From an uncultured Alphaproteobacteria bacterium (lineage in GTDB: Bacteria > Pseudomonadota > Alphaproteobacteria > RF32 > CAG-239), in the NCBI GenBank assembly GCA_934254915.1, contig CAKQMH010000005.1:23359-87358 (forward strand): 64,000 bases of DNA. Reading direction: 5' to 3'. This document shows positions 15,776 through 26,953 of this stretch, one piece after another (the first letter of the stretch is position 1; every line of letters begins with the position of its first letter). The translations under genes were made by a program, and so were the position numbers. Below the pieces are notes generated by a model. That model was not told the DNA's origin. It saw nothing but the letters and a program-made list of their open reading frames with translations, and searched no databases.

Positions 15776-16544
15776 GCTCGGTATCCCACCCTTCATGTTC
15801 GGTTATCGGCAAAATCGAAACCGTAATATTGTCCAGCGGTTTTAGTCCCTGCGAATTCCATAAAGCGGTAATTTTCTTATTAACGTTTTCTTCCTGTTGC
15901 GAGATTAATGCGGCATCGGCATTATAATAAAGCGTGATTTCGATTTCCGGAAAACCGCGATCATGATACAGGGTGTATTCATAGGAACACAAATTATCAA
16001 TGCTGTTTTCGAGTATAAGCCGCATAATGTTTTTAAAAGTCGGAATATTATTGGTTTCAATATACGTATTAGCCAACTCAAACAAATCAGCATCTTCATC
16101 TTCAACAAATTCGGCATAATCGGCAATACGACTGATTAAAGAGATATTACCGGTCATAACGGCAAATTTAGTCAGGCTCGGGTAGAACAAATCAATACTG
16201 TTACGCAAATCTTCAAAACGCGGTTTCAGAAGAATGGAAGCTCGATCCAGCAATCCTAAATTGAGCAAGTTTTCGACATATACGAACTCAAAAAACTCAT
16301 CTAAATCGCCGCCGATTTCCCAAATTTTTTCGGCCAATTCAATTGCCGATTGCCGATTACCCAACATAACCTCGGAATACATCAGGGTTATAAGTCCGGA
16401 TATATTATCGGGGGCAGACTGGAGTTGTTGGGAAATTCTTGGTTGGATGTTAAAAATCTCATCCGTTTGATTGTAGTTCAGGGCAAATAATTCATCCAAC
16501 AAATCTTCCCAAACTTCATTTTCATCAATCGTTTCATTTTCCAT
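15762..16544 (-). CDS. Acidic hypothetical protein (260 aa), downstream of dtd
   Basis: A clean ORF 13 nt after dtd with no recognised domain. Its 3' end overlaps the convergent gene by 14 nt. Confidence 0.55.
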   Translation of the reverse strand: MENETIDENEVWEDLLDELFALNYNQTDEIFNIQPRISQQLQSAPDNISGLITLMYSEVMLGNRQSAIELAEKIWEIGGDLDEFFEFVYVENLLNLGLLDRASILLKPRFEDLRNSIDLFYPSLTKFAVMTGNISLISRIADYAEFVEDEDADLFELANTYIETNNIPTFKNIMRLILENSIDNLCSYEYTLYHDRGFPEIEITLYYNADAALISQQEENVNKKITALWNSQGLKPLDNITVSILPITEHEGWDTEPTED

Positions 16545-16556
16545 CGGCGTTTTCCT

Positions 16557-16997
16557 CTAAATTTTTTCCAACATAAAAGTTACCGGCCCATCGTTAATTA
16601 ATTTCACCTGCATATCGGCCTGAAATATTCCGGTTGCCGTACATAATCCGGTAGCACGCAGCCGCTCCACAAAATAATCATACAATGGTTGGGCAAGTTC
16701 AGGCTTAGCAGCGGTTTCAAACCCCGGCCGATTTCCCCGACTTGTATCACCGGCCAAAGTAAACTGCGAAACGGCCAACAATTCGCCTTTAATATCCGCA
16801 ACCGATAAATTCATTTTTCCGGCATCATCTTCAAAAATACGCAAGCGGCTGATTTTTTGTGCCAAATAATCGGCGGCGGCAGAAGTATCACCTTTTTGCA
16901 CACCAAGAAAAATCAACAACCCGCGCTTGATTGCCGATACCTGTCGGTTATTGACCCAAACCTCAGCTTCGCTTACTCTTTGAATTAATGCCCGCAT
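16557..16997 (-). CDS. dtd: D-aminoacyl-tRNA deacylase
   Basis: MRALIQRVSEAEV...SQFTLAGDTSRGNRPGF... Confidence 0.9.
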   Translation of the reverse strand: MRALIQRVSEAEVWVNNRQVSAIKRGLLIFLGVQKGDTSAAADYLAQKISRLRIFEDDAGKMNLSVADIKGELLAVSQFTLAGDTSRGNRPGFETAAKPELAQPLYDYFVERLRATGLCTATGIFQADMQVKLINDGPVTFMLEKI

Positions 16998-17051
16998 TTA
17001 TGACTCCTCTTGCTTTACGGAGAATAATAACATCATTAGGTTTAAGATAGA

Positions 17052-18278
17052 TTAATAAAACCAATAAGACAGCAAAATGGCGGCAATTATTCCGGCAGCA
17101 TCAGCCAACAAGGAACACGGCAAGGCTGCACCGACTTTGGTTATGCGGACAGCACCGAAATATACCGCCAAAACATAAAAGGTCGTTTCGGTCGATCCCT
17201 GCACCACCGCGGCGACAAATGCCGGAAAGCTGTCAACACCGTAAGTTGTCATGGTTTCAATCATCATGGCTCGTGCGCCGCTGCCGGATAGCGGCTTAAG
17301 AAAAGCCGTCGGCAAAGCCGCAACAAAATCGGTATTAATCTCGCAAAAGGCAAACAAATTGCCGATAGCATTGATTATAAAGTCCAAAGCTCCCGATGCC
17401 CGAAAAACCGCTATGGCAATCAACATTGCCACCAAATACGGCACAATGCGGATTGCAATTTCAAAACCTTCTTTAGCGCCGTTTATAAAAGTATCATACA
17501 CATTAATCCGCTTTAAGACACCGGCCGTAATGAACAAAACCATTATTGCAAAAAGCAAAAAATTGCCGCAGCCGGCAGAAAAATTAAGCCGTTCGGCCGG
17601 GGCAAGGTTTTGGAAATAGCAGACCAACGCGGCTATAACAGCAGCAAAGCCAAACAGATATGACAGCACGACGCGATTAAGCAGCGGAAGTTTTTGAACC
17701 ACAGCCACACTCAAAAAACCAACTAATGTCGAGCAAGACGTAGCTAACAAAATCGGCATAAAAACGGCTGACGGATTAGCCGCGCCAAGTTCGGAACGAT
17801 ACATTAAAATTGTAATCGGAATTAAGGTTACGGAAGACGCATTAAGCACCATAAACAAGACCTGGGCATTTGAAGCGGTATCCTTATGCGGATTCACCGC
17901 TTGCAGCTGTTCCATCGCCTTTAAGCCCATCGGCGTGGCAGCATTATCAAGGCCTAAAATATTTGCGGCCATATTCATTATGATTGAACCCAAGGCCGGC
18001 GAATCGGCAGGAACTTCGGGCATAATTTTGCGAAACAACGGACGCAGCGCCCGTGCTAACAACTCAGTAATTCCCGAAGCTTCGGCTATTTTCAGCAAAC
18101 CAAGCCACAGACATAAGATACCGGTGAGATTGATTGATACGGCAAAGGCGGTTTTAGCGGATGAAAAAGTCGAATTGACTATCTCGGTCCAAATTTGCGG
18201 CTGTCCTAAGAAGCAACTTTGTACCACCGCGACGGCAAATGCGCTAATAAAGAAAGAAACCCAGATAATATTCAGCAT
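17052..18278 (-). CDS. Nucleoside-recognition (Gate) domain membrane protein, SpmA/SpmB-like fusion
   Basis: A polytopic 408-aa protein. The N-terminus MLNIIWVSFFI... and the duplicated Gate-like halves match that family from memory. Confidence 0.65.
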   Translation of the reverse strand: MLNIIWVSFFISAFAVAVVQSCFLGQPQIWTEIVNSTFSSAKTAFAVSINLTGILCLWLGLLKIAEASGITELLARALRPLFRKIMPEVPADSPALGSIIMNMAANILGLDNAATPMGLKAMEQLQAVNPHKDTASNAQVLFMVLNASSVTLIPITILMYRSELGAANPSAVFMPILLATSCSTLVGFLSVAVVQKLPLLNRVVLSYLFGFAAVIAALVCYFQNLAPAERLNFSAGCGNFLLFAIMVLFITAGVLKRINVYDTFINGAKEGFEIAIRIVPYLVAMLIAIAVFRASGALDFIINAIGNLFAFCEINTDFVAALPTAFLKPLSGSGARAMMIETMTTYGVDSFPAFVAAVVQGSTETTFYVLAVYFGAVRITKVGAALPCSLLADAAGIIAAILLSYWFY

Positions 18279-18296
18279 GGCAAACCGCCTCGTATT

Positions 18297-19244
18297 TTAA
18301 AGGTTTTGGCTTTTGCGACGTTTTTTGAGGGCGGTTAACTTATCACTGACCACTGAGGTATCGCGTCCGGTTTTGGCCAGACGGTCGTACATCCGCTCAA
18401 TTTCTTTTTCAAGATAGGCTTTTTCAATTTCATCAGCAAGTTTTTGGCGGTCTTCAGCCGTACCGTGCAGGCTGGTCTGCTCCATATCGGCAATAATATT
18501 TTCCACAAAAACCGTATTATCAACTTTCTTTTTGAAGAAATAGGGCAATTCATAAATAAGCTGACGGGTAGCAGCATAAGCTTCCGCAGTTGTATTGCCT
18601 TTTTTGTAACGCAGCTTGAGCAGACGGAAAACGATGCTCAGTTCATTGCTGTTATCAACAATAATAAACGGCATCGGATCCGCAAACCCTTGCGCGGCCA
18701 TACTCTTCAGATATTCGACCAAATGGTGAAAATAGCCTTCAATATTAAATAAGATAAACGGCTTTATCTGCAAAAAACCATCTTGCATGGCGACACAGTC
18801 GTACGCCAATTCGTCAAGTGTTCCGACCCCGCCGGGGGCAAAAACCACAAAATCGGCATTCAATAATTTTTGTTTGCGCTCTTCCAAGGTCTGCGCAACA
18901 ATCACATCCTCAACCTGATTCAAAATTTCATCCGTTTCATAGAGGCTGTAATATTCTTTGGTGGTGATGCCCTGAATCGGCGTGGTTTTACATTTCTTTT
19001 TATTCCAACCGTCAAGTACGCCGCGGGCTACCGCCCCCATAATGCCGGTGCTGGATAAACCGAAATCGAGCTTAAATTCCATTTTGGCAATTTGCTTGCC
19101 AAGGTTATAAGCCTCCTCAACATAAATATCATCATGTCCGGAACGCGAACCGCCGGCGACAAAAACTCGTAAGCCCTCCTGTTTGTTTTCCTCAACAAAA
19201 GTGCCTACAACCTGCTCAATTGTTCCTGTTTTGCATTTTTCCAT
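18297..19244 (-). CDS. LOG-family (TIGR00730-type) nucleotide-binding protein with about 110-aa C-terminal extension
   Basis: VFVAGGSRSG...GIMGAVARG...PGGVGTLDE. The coiled-coil-like tail ends in KKRRKSQNL. Confidence 0.75.
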   Translation of the reverse strand: MEKCKTGTIEQVVGTFVEENKQEGLRVFVAGGSRSGHDDIYVEEAYNLGKQIAKMEFKLDFGLSSTGIMGAVARGVLDGWNKKKCKTTPIQGITTKEYYSLYETDEILNQVEDVIVAQTLEERKQKLLNADFVVFAPGGVGTLDELAYDCVAMQDGFLQIKPFILFNIEGYFHHLVEYLKSMAAQGFADPMPFIIVDNSNELSIVFRLLKLRYKKGNTTAEAYAATRQLIYELPYFFKKKVDNTVFVENIIADMEQTSLHGTAEDRQKLADEIEKAYLEKEIERMYDRLAKTGRDTSVVSDKLTALKKRRKSQNL

Positions 19245-19247
19245 AAC

Positions 19248-20378
<1,131 letters not shown>

Positions 20379-20437
20379 TCATCCTTTCGTTGGGCGTGAT
20401 AATGCCCTAAAACATCAGCGTCGGCAATATAAATTTC

Positions 20438-21145
20438 TTACTCTTCATCATTATCTTCGGCCGGAGCATTGTCAATGGCATAACCGGTGGCGCGAACGGT
20501 GCGGATATAATCAGGTCCGAACTCATTAAGTGATTTGCGCAAACGGCGGATATGGACATCAACCGTGCGTGATTCAACATAAATGTTGTCGCCCCAAACG
20601 GTTTTGAGCAAAAACTCGCGCGAAAAAACTTTTTTAGGTGTTTCCATCAACATTTTAAGCAGCCGGAATTCCGTAGGTCCGAGGTGGATATAATTTTCTC
20701 CACGGAAAACTTTGCGGGTCACCAAGTCCATACGGATGTCTTCAAAGATCAATTCCTTGGCGGTACTAGGTTCGGGAGCGCGGCGCAGCTGGCTTTTTAC
20801 CCGTGCTAAAAGTTCTGGAATCGAAAATGGTTTAGTGACATAATCATCAGCACCGGCCGACAGCCCTTTCACTTTGTCTTCATCTTCCCCTTTGGCGGTC
20901 AGGATAATAATCGGAATGCTTTTGATATCAGGTTTGGAGCGGATAAGCTTGCAAATATCAACTCCGGACAATTCGGGCAGCATCCAGTCCAACAAAATGA
21001 CTGAAGGATGAGTTCGTTCAACTTCGCCCAACACCCGATTGCCGCGGCTTTCGATCACCACATCATAACCTTCTTTTTCAAGGTTATACTTAAGAACCAT
21101 GGCAATTGCTTCTTCATCCTCAACTACCATAACCAAATGTTTCAT
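20438..21145 (-). CDS. OmpR-family response regulator, PhoB-like
   Basis: The receiver segment LLDWMLPELSGVDICKLIR...ILTAKGEDEDKVKGLSAGADDYVTKPFS is followed by a winged-helix C-domain. No kinase or pst genes are nearby. Confidence 0.8.
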   Translation of the reverse strand: MKHLVMVVEDEEAIAMVLKYNLEKEGYDVVIESRGNRVLGEVERTHPSVILLDWMLPELSGVDICKLIRSKPDIKSIPIIILTAKGEDEDKVKGLSAGADDYVTKPFSIPELLARVKSQLRRAPEPSTAKELIFEDIRMDLVTRKVFRGENYIHLGPTEFRLLKMLMETPKKVFSREFLLKTVWGDNIYVESRTVDVHIRRLRKSLNEFGPDYIRTVRATGYAIDNAPAEDNDEE

Positions 21146-21201
21146 CGTACATCTCCCGCCGGTTTTATAAATATAAGGATTTTAGCCTGTTGAAGTTAAT
21201 A

Positions 21202-21837
21202 TTATCTTAAGGCTTTGATATTCTTGGCATAGTCGCCGCCGTCAAACACGGCTGTTCCGGCAACCAAAATGTCCGCACCGGCGGCAATAGCTTCTGCTCC
21301 GGTCAAGGGATTAATTCCACCGTCGACCTCAAGTAGAATGTTGCGGCCGGCAATCAACTGTTTAATACGACTGATTTTAGCTAATTGCGACGGGATAAAG
21401 CTTTGCCCGCCAAAACCGGGATTGACACTCATAACCAAAATCTGATCGACCTTGTCCAAAACATATTCAATCTCATGTTCTGAAGTCGCAGGATTGAGAG
21501 ACACGCCGGCTTTGACACCAAGGTTTTTAATGGTTTGCAAGGTTTTATCCAAATGCGGACATGCCTCGGCGTGCACGGTTATAATATCCGCACCGGCATT
21601 GGAAAACCAGGACAACATATTATCCGGATTTTGCACCATCAAATGGACATCAAACGGCAATTTGCTGTATGGACGCAAAGCTTTGACCAATTGAGGCCCA
21701 AAGGTTAGGTTCGGCACGAATGAACCATCCATAACATCAAGGTGAATCAAATCAGCACCGGCTTCTTCCAAACGCGCCAATTCATTTTTCAGGTCGGCAA
21801 AATCAGCCGATAAAATACTGGGGGCAATCAAAACCAT
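21202..21837 (-). CDS. rpe: Ribulose-phosphate 3-epimerase
   Basis: [10 protein letters not shown]...HLDVMDG.FVPN...HVHLMV...VNPGFGGQ. The start is placed at the internal ATG. Confidence 0.92.
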   Translation of the reverse strand: MVLIAPSILSADFADLKNELARLEEAGADLIHLDVMDGSFVPNLTFGPQLVKALRPYSKLPFDVHLMVQNPDNMLSWFSNAGADIITVHAEACPHLDKTLQTIKNLGVKAGVSLNPATSEHEIEYVLDKVDQILVMSVNPGFGGQSFIPSQLAKISRIKQLIAGRNILLEVDGGINPLTGAEAIAAGADILVAGTAVFDGGDYAKNIKALR

Positions 21838-21984
21838 TTTTATTCTCCTGCAACAGCGTTTTCTTTTAAGATAAACCACCATAATATTAAATACCAGTAA
21901 AATATTATCACCGCCTTGATTTTTAAATAAAGCTGATTACTTGACAAACAGGAACCAATTTTAACGACATTAAGGAGATTTGAA

Positions 21985-22497
21985 ATGGGAGAAATGGCGC
22001 AAAAAATTGTCAAAATCGATAATGAAGAATTATTAAAAATCTTGAATCAGGCTTTTGCCGAAGAATGGCTGGCCTATTATCAATATTGGGTGGGCGCACA
22101 AGTAGCGGTAGGCCCGATGCGCACATCCGTGATTGCGGAATTTGAAGAACATGCCGACGAAGAACTAAAACACGCCAAATGGCTGAGTGAGCGCATTGTG
22201 CAGCTTGGCGGCGTACCGCTTCTTAATCCCAAAGACTGGGAACATACCGCCAAATGCAAATACGAGATTCCGGATAAACCGTATATAATGAATCTGCTGA
22301 AACAAAACCTGATTGCCGAACGCTGCGCTATTGCCCGCTATCAGGGAATCTGTGAAATGACTTTCGGTAAAGATTATGAAACTTTTCGCATTTCAGCTAA
22401 GATTTTAAAGGAAGAACTGCAGCACGAACAAGAAATGGGCGACTTTATAGATGACATAAAAGCCGGAATGGAACACGGAGCGATGCTTCAAAGTTAA
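21985..22497 (+). CDS. Ferritin-like (Dps-like/bacterioferritin-related) protein
   Basis: Four-helix-bundle di-iron ligand pattern (EEW...EEHADEELKHA...ERCAI...EELQHEQE). RBS AAGGAG. Confidence 0.7.
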   Translation: MGEMAQKIVKIDNEELLKILNQAFAEEWLAYYQYWVGAQVAVGPMRTSVIAEFEEHADEELKHAKWLSERIVQLGGVPLLNPKDWEHTAKCKYEIPDKPYIMNLLKQNLIAERCAIARYQGICEMTFGKDYETFRISAKILKEELQHEQEMGDFIDDIKAGMEHGAMLQS

Positions 22498-22702
22498 CTC
22501 ATTGATTTTTATAAATAACTATCATCATGTTATATAATAACAGCTTTTATTTATTGACATATTTGTCCAAATATTTCACAATGTCGGCAATAAGTGATTC
22601 GTTTGGATTCGCTTTTTGAGAGTTTATATCGAAGATAATTGAATGCCGACAAACATTGCTTCTAACTCCAAATAAATTGTTTGTTTTGGTAAACATTGAC
22701 GA

Positions 22703-22742
22703 TATAAAAAGGAAGGCTGCTTTAAGCAAAAGCAGCCTTTTC
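22703..22742 (-). terminator. Rho-independent terminator of fba
   Basis: AAGGCTGCTTTT-AAGC-AAAAGCAGCCTT (22713-22740), with a T-run on the minus strand. Confidence 0.7.
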
Positions 22743-22766
22743 TTTAATCAGTTTAAGCTTAAGGGC

Positions 22767-23816
22767 CTAAATTTCACCATCGGCATAGCGTTTAGCCATA
22801 ACCGACATCGGTGTAACTTTAATTTTATCAGCATGGCCGGCCGCACCGAAGGCAATATAGCGAGCTTCGCAAACTTTTTGCATTTCTTCAATCGCCGGTT
22901 TGAGATATTTACGAGGATCAAACTCTTTCGGATTTTCGGCAAAAATCTTGCGGATTGCACCGGTAATAGCCATACGGCAGTCAGTGTCGACGTTAACCTT
23001 GCGAACACCGGATTTAATTCCGCGGACAATTTCTTCAACCGGAACACCATAGGTTTGAGGAATAGCACCGCCGTAAGCATTAATCAAATCCTGCAGCTCT
23101 TGCGGAACAGAAGAAGAACCATGCATAACCATATGGGTGTTAGGCAGTTTTTTGTGAATTTTTTCGATTGTTTCAATTGAGAGAATTTCACCATCCGGCT
23201 TACGTGTAAACTTGTAAGCTCCGTGAGATGTTCCGACTGCAACAGCCAAAGCATCAAGATGTGTTTCTTCAACAAAGCGGGCAGCTTCATCCGGATCGGT
23301 AACCAAACGTTTTTTATCAATAACGCCTTCTGCACCATGGCCGTCTTCTTTGTCGCCTTTACCGGTTTCCAAAGAGCCGATAACACCTAATTCACCTTCT
23401 ACCGAAGCACCAACAGCATGAGCGCGGGCAACAACTTCTTTAGTTACTTTAACATTGTACTCAAAGGAAGACGGTGTCTTGCCGTCAGCTTCCAAAGAAC
23501 CGTCCATCATAACGGATGAATAACCGTTAACAATAGCTGATTGGCAAATATTAACCGAAGAACCGTGGTCTTGGTGCAAACAAATCGGCAATTCCGGAAA
23601 CATTTCAATACCGGCAGCAACCATATGACGAATCATCGGATCACCGGCAAATTTGCGAGCTCCGGTTGAGGTTTGCAAAATAACCGGCGCATTAACCTTG
23701 CGGGCAGCCTGCAAAACTGCAATAACCTGCTCCATATCGTTAATATTAAAAGCCGGAACACCATAGCTGTTCTCAGCGGCATGGTCAAGAATCTGACGCA
23801 TTGTAACTAAAGGCAT
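22767..23816 (-). CDS. fba: Class II fructose-bisphosphate aldolase
   Basis: MPLVTMRQILDHA...YGVPAFNINDMEQ..., the HQDHG metal site, TSHGAYKF and MHGSSSVP. Confidence 0.92.
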   Translation of the reverse strand: MPLVTMRQILDHAAENSYGVPAFNINDMEQVIAVLQAARKVNAPVILQTSTGARKFAGDPMIRHMVAAGIEMFPELPICLHQDHGSSVNICQSAIVNGYSSVMMDGSLEADGKTPSSFEYNVKVTKEVVARAHAVGASVEGELGVIGSLETGKGDKEDGHGAEGVIDKKRLVTDPDEAARFVEETHLDALAVAVGTSHGAYKFTRKPDGEILSIETIEKIHKKLPNTHMVMHGSSSVPQELQDLINAYGGAIPQTYGVPVEEIVRGIKSGVRKVNVDTDCRMAITGAIRKIFAENPKEFDPRKYLKPAIEEMQKVCEARYIAFGAAGHADKIKVTPMSVMAKRYADGEI

Positions 23817-23986
23817 ATTTTATCTCCTTATAAAGCTTTAATAACTATCGGCAAATATATTACCTTGCGTATTATTTGCAAGAAAATTTTAAAAGTTCTG
23901 CCTGTTGATTTTTTTCTTGAATTTTAGACAAATTAGTCATAAATTATAATTTATATAAATGATTATTAATTTTAAAATTTCTTATT

Positions 23987-24391
23987 ATGGAACAGATTTT
24001 CTTCTTAATCATTGCGGTTTCCGCTTTTGCAATTGTTTACGCATCAAACAGATGTTATGTTAAACACTTTTGTGATGCCCAATTTTCATCACGCCGCGGA
24101 AACAGTTATTGGCAGCTTTTGGCTGCTATATTTCTAATGGCCTTTATGGCATATTTTTCGACATCGGATATTCTGATAACTTACGCGACATTGTTGTTGG
24201 TCATCTTTGGATTTTTTACAATGTTAAAAGTAGTAAAACACAGGAAATATGCTGGTATGCAAGGTATATCACTAGGAGCTAAGCGATATCATCTGTCTAT
24301 TGTCCGCGACTATATCCGGTGGTATTTTATGGCAGCAGGTCTGATTATTTTGAGCACCATCGTTTTGGTTATCTTCCAGACGATGATTTAG
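23987..24391 (+). CDS. Hypothetical membrane protein (4 TM)
   Basis: Hydrophobic ORF with no SD and no recognised family. Confidence 0.45.
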   Translation: MEQIFFLIIAVSAFAIVYASNRCYVKHFCDAQFSSRRGNSYWQLLAAIFLMAFMAYFSTSDILITYATLLLVIFGFFTMLKVVKHRKYAGMQGISLGAKRYHLSIVRDYIRWYFMAAGLIILSTIVLVIFQTMI

Positions 24392-24398
24392 AGTAAAG

Positions 24399-24433
24399 AA
24401 AAACACCTTAGATAAATCCTAAGGTGTTTTTTT
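24399..24433. terminator. Bidirectional stem-loop between convergent genes
   Basis: AAAAACACCTTA-GATAAATCC-TAAGGTGTTTTT, with a T-run. Confidence 0.65.
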
Positions 24434-24448
24434 ATTTGCAAGGGGCTG

Positions 24449-24835
24449 TTATCGTCCGGTTCTATCGCTATTACGACGATAGATAATATCATTGATGATA
24501 GTGTAATCATCAGACTCCCGATCGGAGATATAGCGCCAAACAGTTGTTCCCATGGCCACAAAAGTATGTCCGAGCGGATACTCAATAACCTTCGTGGTCT
24601 TGACGGGAGCGAATTGCTCGTCTTTTGATGTTCTTTCATCAAAAGCCTTAACATAAAAATACGTTGGTACGTTGTCTTTCATAACTTTGGCAATAAAGCA
24701 CACGTAACCACTATCCTTCCTGTCCTGACGATATATACGACCGACGAAAAAATCAGCACGCGCTATCAGGAAACCTGCCTTTAGGGCAATCTGCTGGGCT
24801 TGAGAAGCGCGGCAGATAAATTGTTTTTGTTCCAT
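24449..24835 (-). CDS. Hypothetical protein (128 aa)
   Basis: Clean ORF downstream of tkt with no recognised family. Confidence 0.5.
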   Translation of the reverse strand: MEQKQFICRASQAQQIALKAGFLIARADFFVGRIYRQDRKDSGYVCFIAKVMKDNVPTYFYVKAFDERTSKDEQFAPVKTTKVIEYPLGHTFVAMGTTVWRYISDRESDDYTIINDIIYRRNSDRTGR

Positions 24836-24951
24836 ATAAAACGATATTAAAATAATTAAACTAGCAATAAAATTATGCTATTAACATAGACAGCGTTTAA
24901 TATTTTGTCAACACGTTGTTGCAATTTTTGACACAGAAAAACCGTTTGATG

Positions 24952-26895
24952 CTATTTTTTTAAACAATTTTTGACCGAATCAACAACTTCGTCGACCGTA
25001 ATACCAAAATACGGATACAATTCGCCGGCCGGAGCAGAAGCGCCAAAACCGTCCATACCGATAATGTCACCCTTAAGTCCGACATATTTTTCCCAACCGA
25101 ATTTGGCCGCAGCTTCTACCGCTACACGGGGAGCTTGACCTAAAACCTGTTCCTGATAGTCAATCGGCTGAGCATCAAACAACTCAGTGCAAGGCATCGA
25201 AACAACCGCGGTTTTAATTCCTTCCTGCCGTAATTTTTCCATAGCTTCAACCGCAAGCGAAACCTCCGAACCGGTCGCAATAATCGTAGCCTGTCTATCT
25301 TTATCGTCGCCGGCAATGACATAACCGCCTTTAGCCGTTAAATTTTCCGTTGCCGATGTACGCAACAGCGGCAGGTTTTGACGGCTCAAAACCAACATAC
25401 TCGGTTTATTGTCCGTAGTAATGGCAAGCTGCCAGGCTTCAGCCGTTTCGACCACATCGCACGGGCGGAAAGTCAAAATATTCGGCATAGCCCGATATGA
25501 AGCCAGATGTTCAATCGGCTGATGAGTAGGTCCGTCTTCACCGACTCCTATCGAATCATGGGTCAAGACATAGATAACTCTAATTCCCATTAGCGCGGCC
25601 AAGCGCATGGACGGGCGCATATAGTCCGAAAAGACAAAGAAAGTGCCGCCGAACGGAATCAAACCGCCGTGCAAAGCAATACCGTTCATCATTGCGCCCA
25701 TTGCATGTTCGCGAATGCCATACATAATATTGTTGCCGTTATAGTCTTGAGCGGTAATCGTCTTAGAAGCTTTGGTCAAAGTGAGGTTGGAAGCTGCCAG
25801 GTCAGCTGAACCGCCGATAATCTCAGGTAAATGCGGCACAATAGCTTCCAAACACATTTGTGATGACTTACGGGTAGCAACTTTAGTTTTTTCGGCAATG
25901 GCCGTCAGCTTGAGCTGATTTAGTTCTTTATCCCAATCGGCAGGAAGTTTGCCGGCAATCACATCTTGAAAAGCTTTACCTTTGGCTTTAGCTCTCCGTT
26001 GCCAATTTTGAAACTCTGCATGGCTGCGCTGTCCGGCTTCACGCCAGGCGTGGAGAATATCAGCCGGAACTTCAAACGGCGCAGCGTTCCAATGCAGTTT
26101 GCTGCGCATAGCCGCCAACTCCTCCGCACCCAATGGTGAACCATGGCATTTGGAAGTACCGCACTTGGTCGGTGCACCAAAACCGATTTGAGTTTTGCAG
26201 GCAATTAAAGTCGGTTTTTTAGATTTTTGCGCTTTTTTAATCGCACGCGAAACGGCACAGTGATTATGCCCGTCAACGGCAATCGTATTCCAGCCGCAGG
26301 CCTCAAAACGTTTACGTTGGTCAGTTGAATTAGCGGCAGTTACATGTCCGTCAATCGTGACATTATTATTATCCCAAAAGACAATCAATTTATTTAGCTT
26401 GAGATGTCCGGCCAGAGAAATGGCTTCTTCCGAAATTCCCTCCATCAAGCATCCGTCACCGGCAATTACATAGGTATAGTGGTTACAAACATCTTCACCA
26501 TATTTAGCGGCCATAACGCGTTCGGCCAAAGCCATACCGACAGCCGAACTGATACCCTGCCCCAATGGTCCGGTAGTCATATCAATACCGGCAAGATGCC
26601 CGTATTCCGGATGTCCGGCGGTTTTAGCGCCAAGTTGACGGAAGTTTTTAATATCCTCAATAGTTATATCTTTGTAACCAAGCAAGTAAAGCAGAGAATA
26701 AAGCAGCATTGAACCGTGTCCGGCAGACAGGACAAAACGGTCACGGTCAAACCACCGCGGATTTTGCGGATCAAGTTTGATGAAGTTGCGGAACAAAACC
26801 GTAGCAACATCGGCCATACCCAACGGCATTCCGGGGTGGCCGGATTTCGACTTTTCAATTGCATCAGCCGACAAAAAACGAATCGCATTAGCCAT
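24952..26895 (-). CDS. tkt: Transketolase
   Basis: IRFLSADAIEKSKSGHPGMPLGMADV, the GDGCLMEG ThDP motif, and THDSIGVGEDGPTHQPIEH. The start is placed at the internal ATG (MANAIRF). Confidence 0.93.
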   Translation of the reverse strand: MANAIRFLSADAIEKSKSGHPGMPLGMADVATVLFRNFIKLDPQNPRWFDRDRFVLSAGHGSMLLYSLLYLLGYKDITIEDIKNFRQLGAKTAGHPEYGHLAGIDMTTGPLGQGISSAVGMALAERVMAAKYGEDVCNHYTYVIAGDGCLMEGISEEAISLAGHLKLNKLIVFWDNNNVTIDGHVTAANSTDQRKRFEACGWNTIAVDGHNHCAVSRAIKKAQKSKKPTLIACKTQIGFGAPTKCGTSKCHGSPLGAEELAAMRSKLHWNAAPFEVPADILHAWREAGQRSHAEFQNWQRRAKAKGKAFQDVIAGKLPADWDKELNQLKLTAIAEKTKVATRKSSQMCLEAIVPHLPEIIGGSADLAASNLTLTKASKTITAQDYNGNNIMYGIREHAMGAMMNGIALHGGLIPFGGTFFVFSDYMRPSMRLAALMGIRVIYVLTHDSIGVGEDGPTHQPIEHLASYRAMPNILTFRPCDVVETAEAWQLAITTDNKPSMLVLSRQNLPLLRTSATENLTAKGGYVIAGDDKDRQATIIATGSEVSLAVEAMEKLRQEGIKTAVVSMPCTELFDAQPIDYQEQVLGQAPRVAVEAAAKFGWEKYVGLKGDIIGMDGFGASAPAGELYPYFGITVDEVVDSVKNCLKK

Positions 26896-26953
26896 ATCTT
26901 TTTCAAAATGGCAACAAGAGCAAAAATTCATCAACTTTACCTTTCATTATAAG

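Noticed and set aside
21883-21984. Possible sigma70 promoter (TTGACA at about 21940) and Fur-box-like AAATATTATC upstream of the ferritin-like gene
   Set aside because: There is no convincing -10 element at proper spacing, and the Fur-like match is only a partial half-site. Not supportable from sequence alone.
22547-22729. 60-aa ORF in the ferritin-fba intergenic region
   Set aside because: Its start codon lies inside the fba terminator hairpin, it has no RBS and I recognise no family. An internal 49-aa version cannot be excluded, but nothing supports it.
22656-23180. 174-aa + strand ORF and 110-aa alternative-frame ORF overlapping fba
   Set aside because: They are antisense or off-frame to a highly conserved aldolase gene. 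Low-complexity shadow ORFs.
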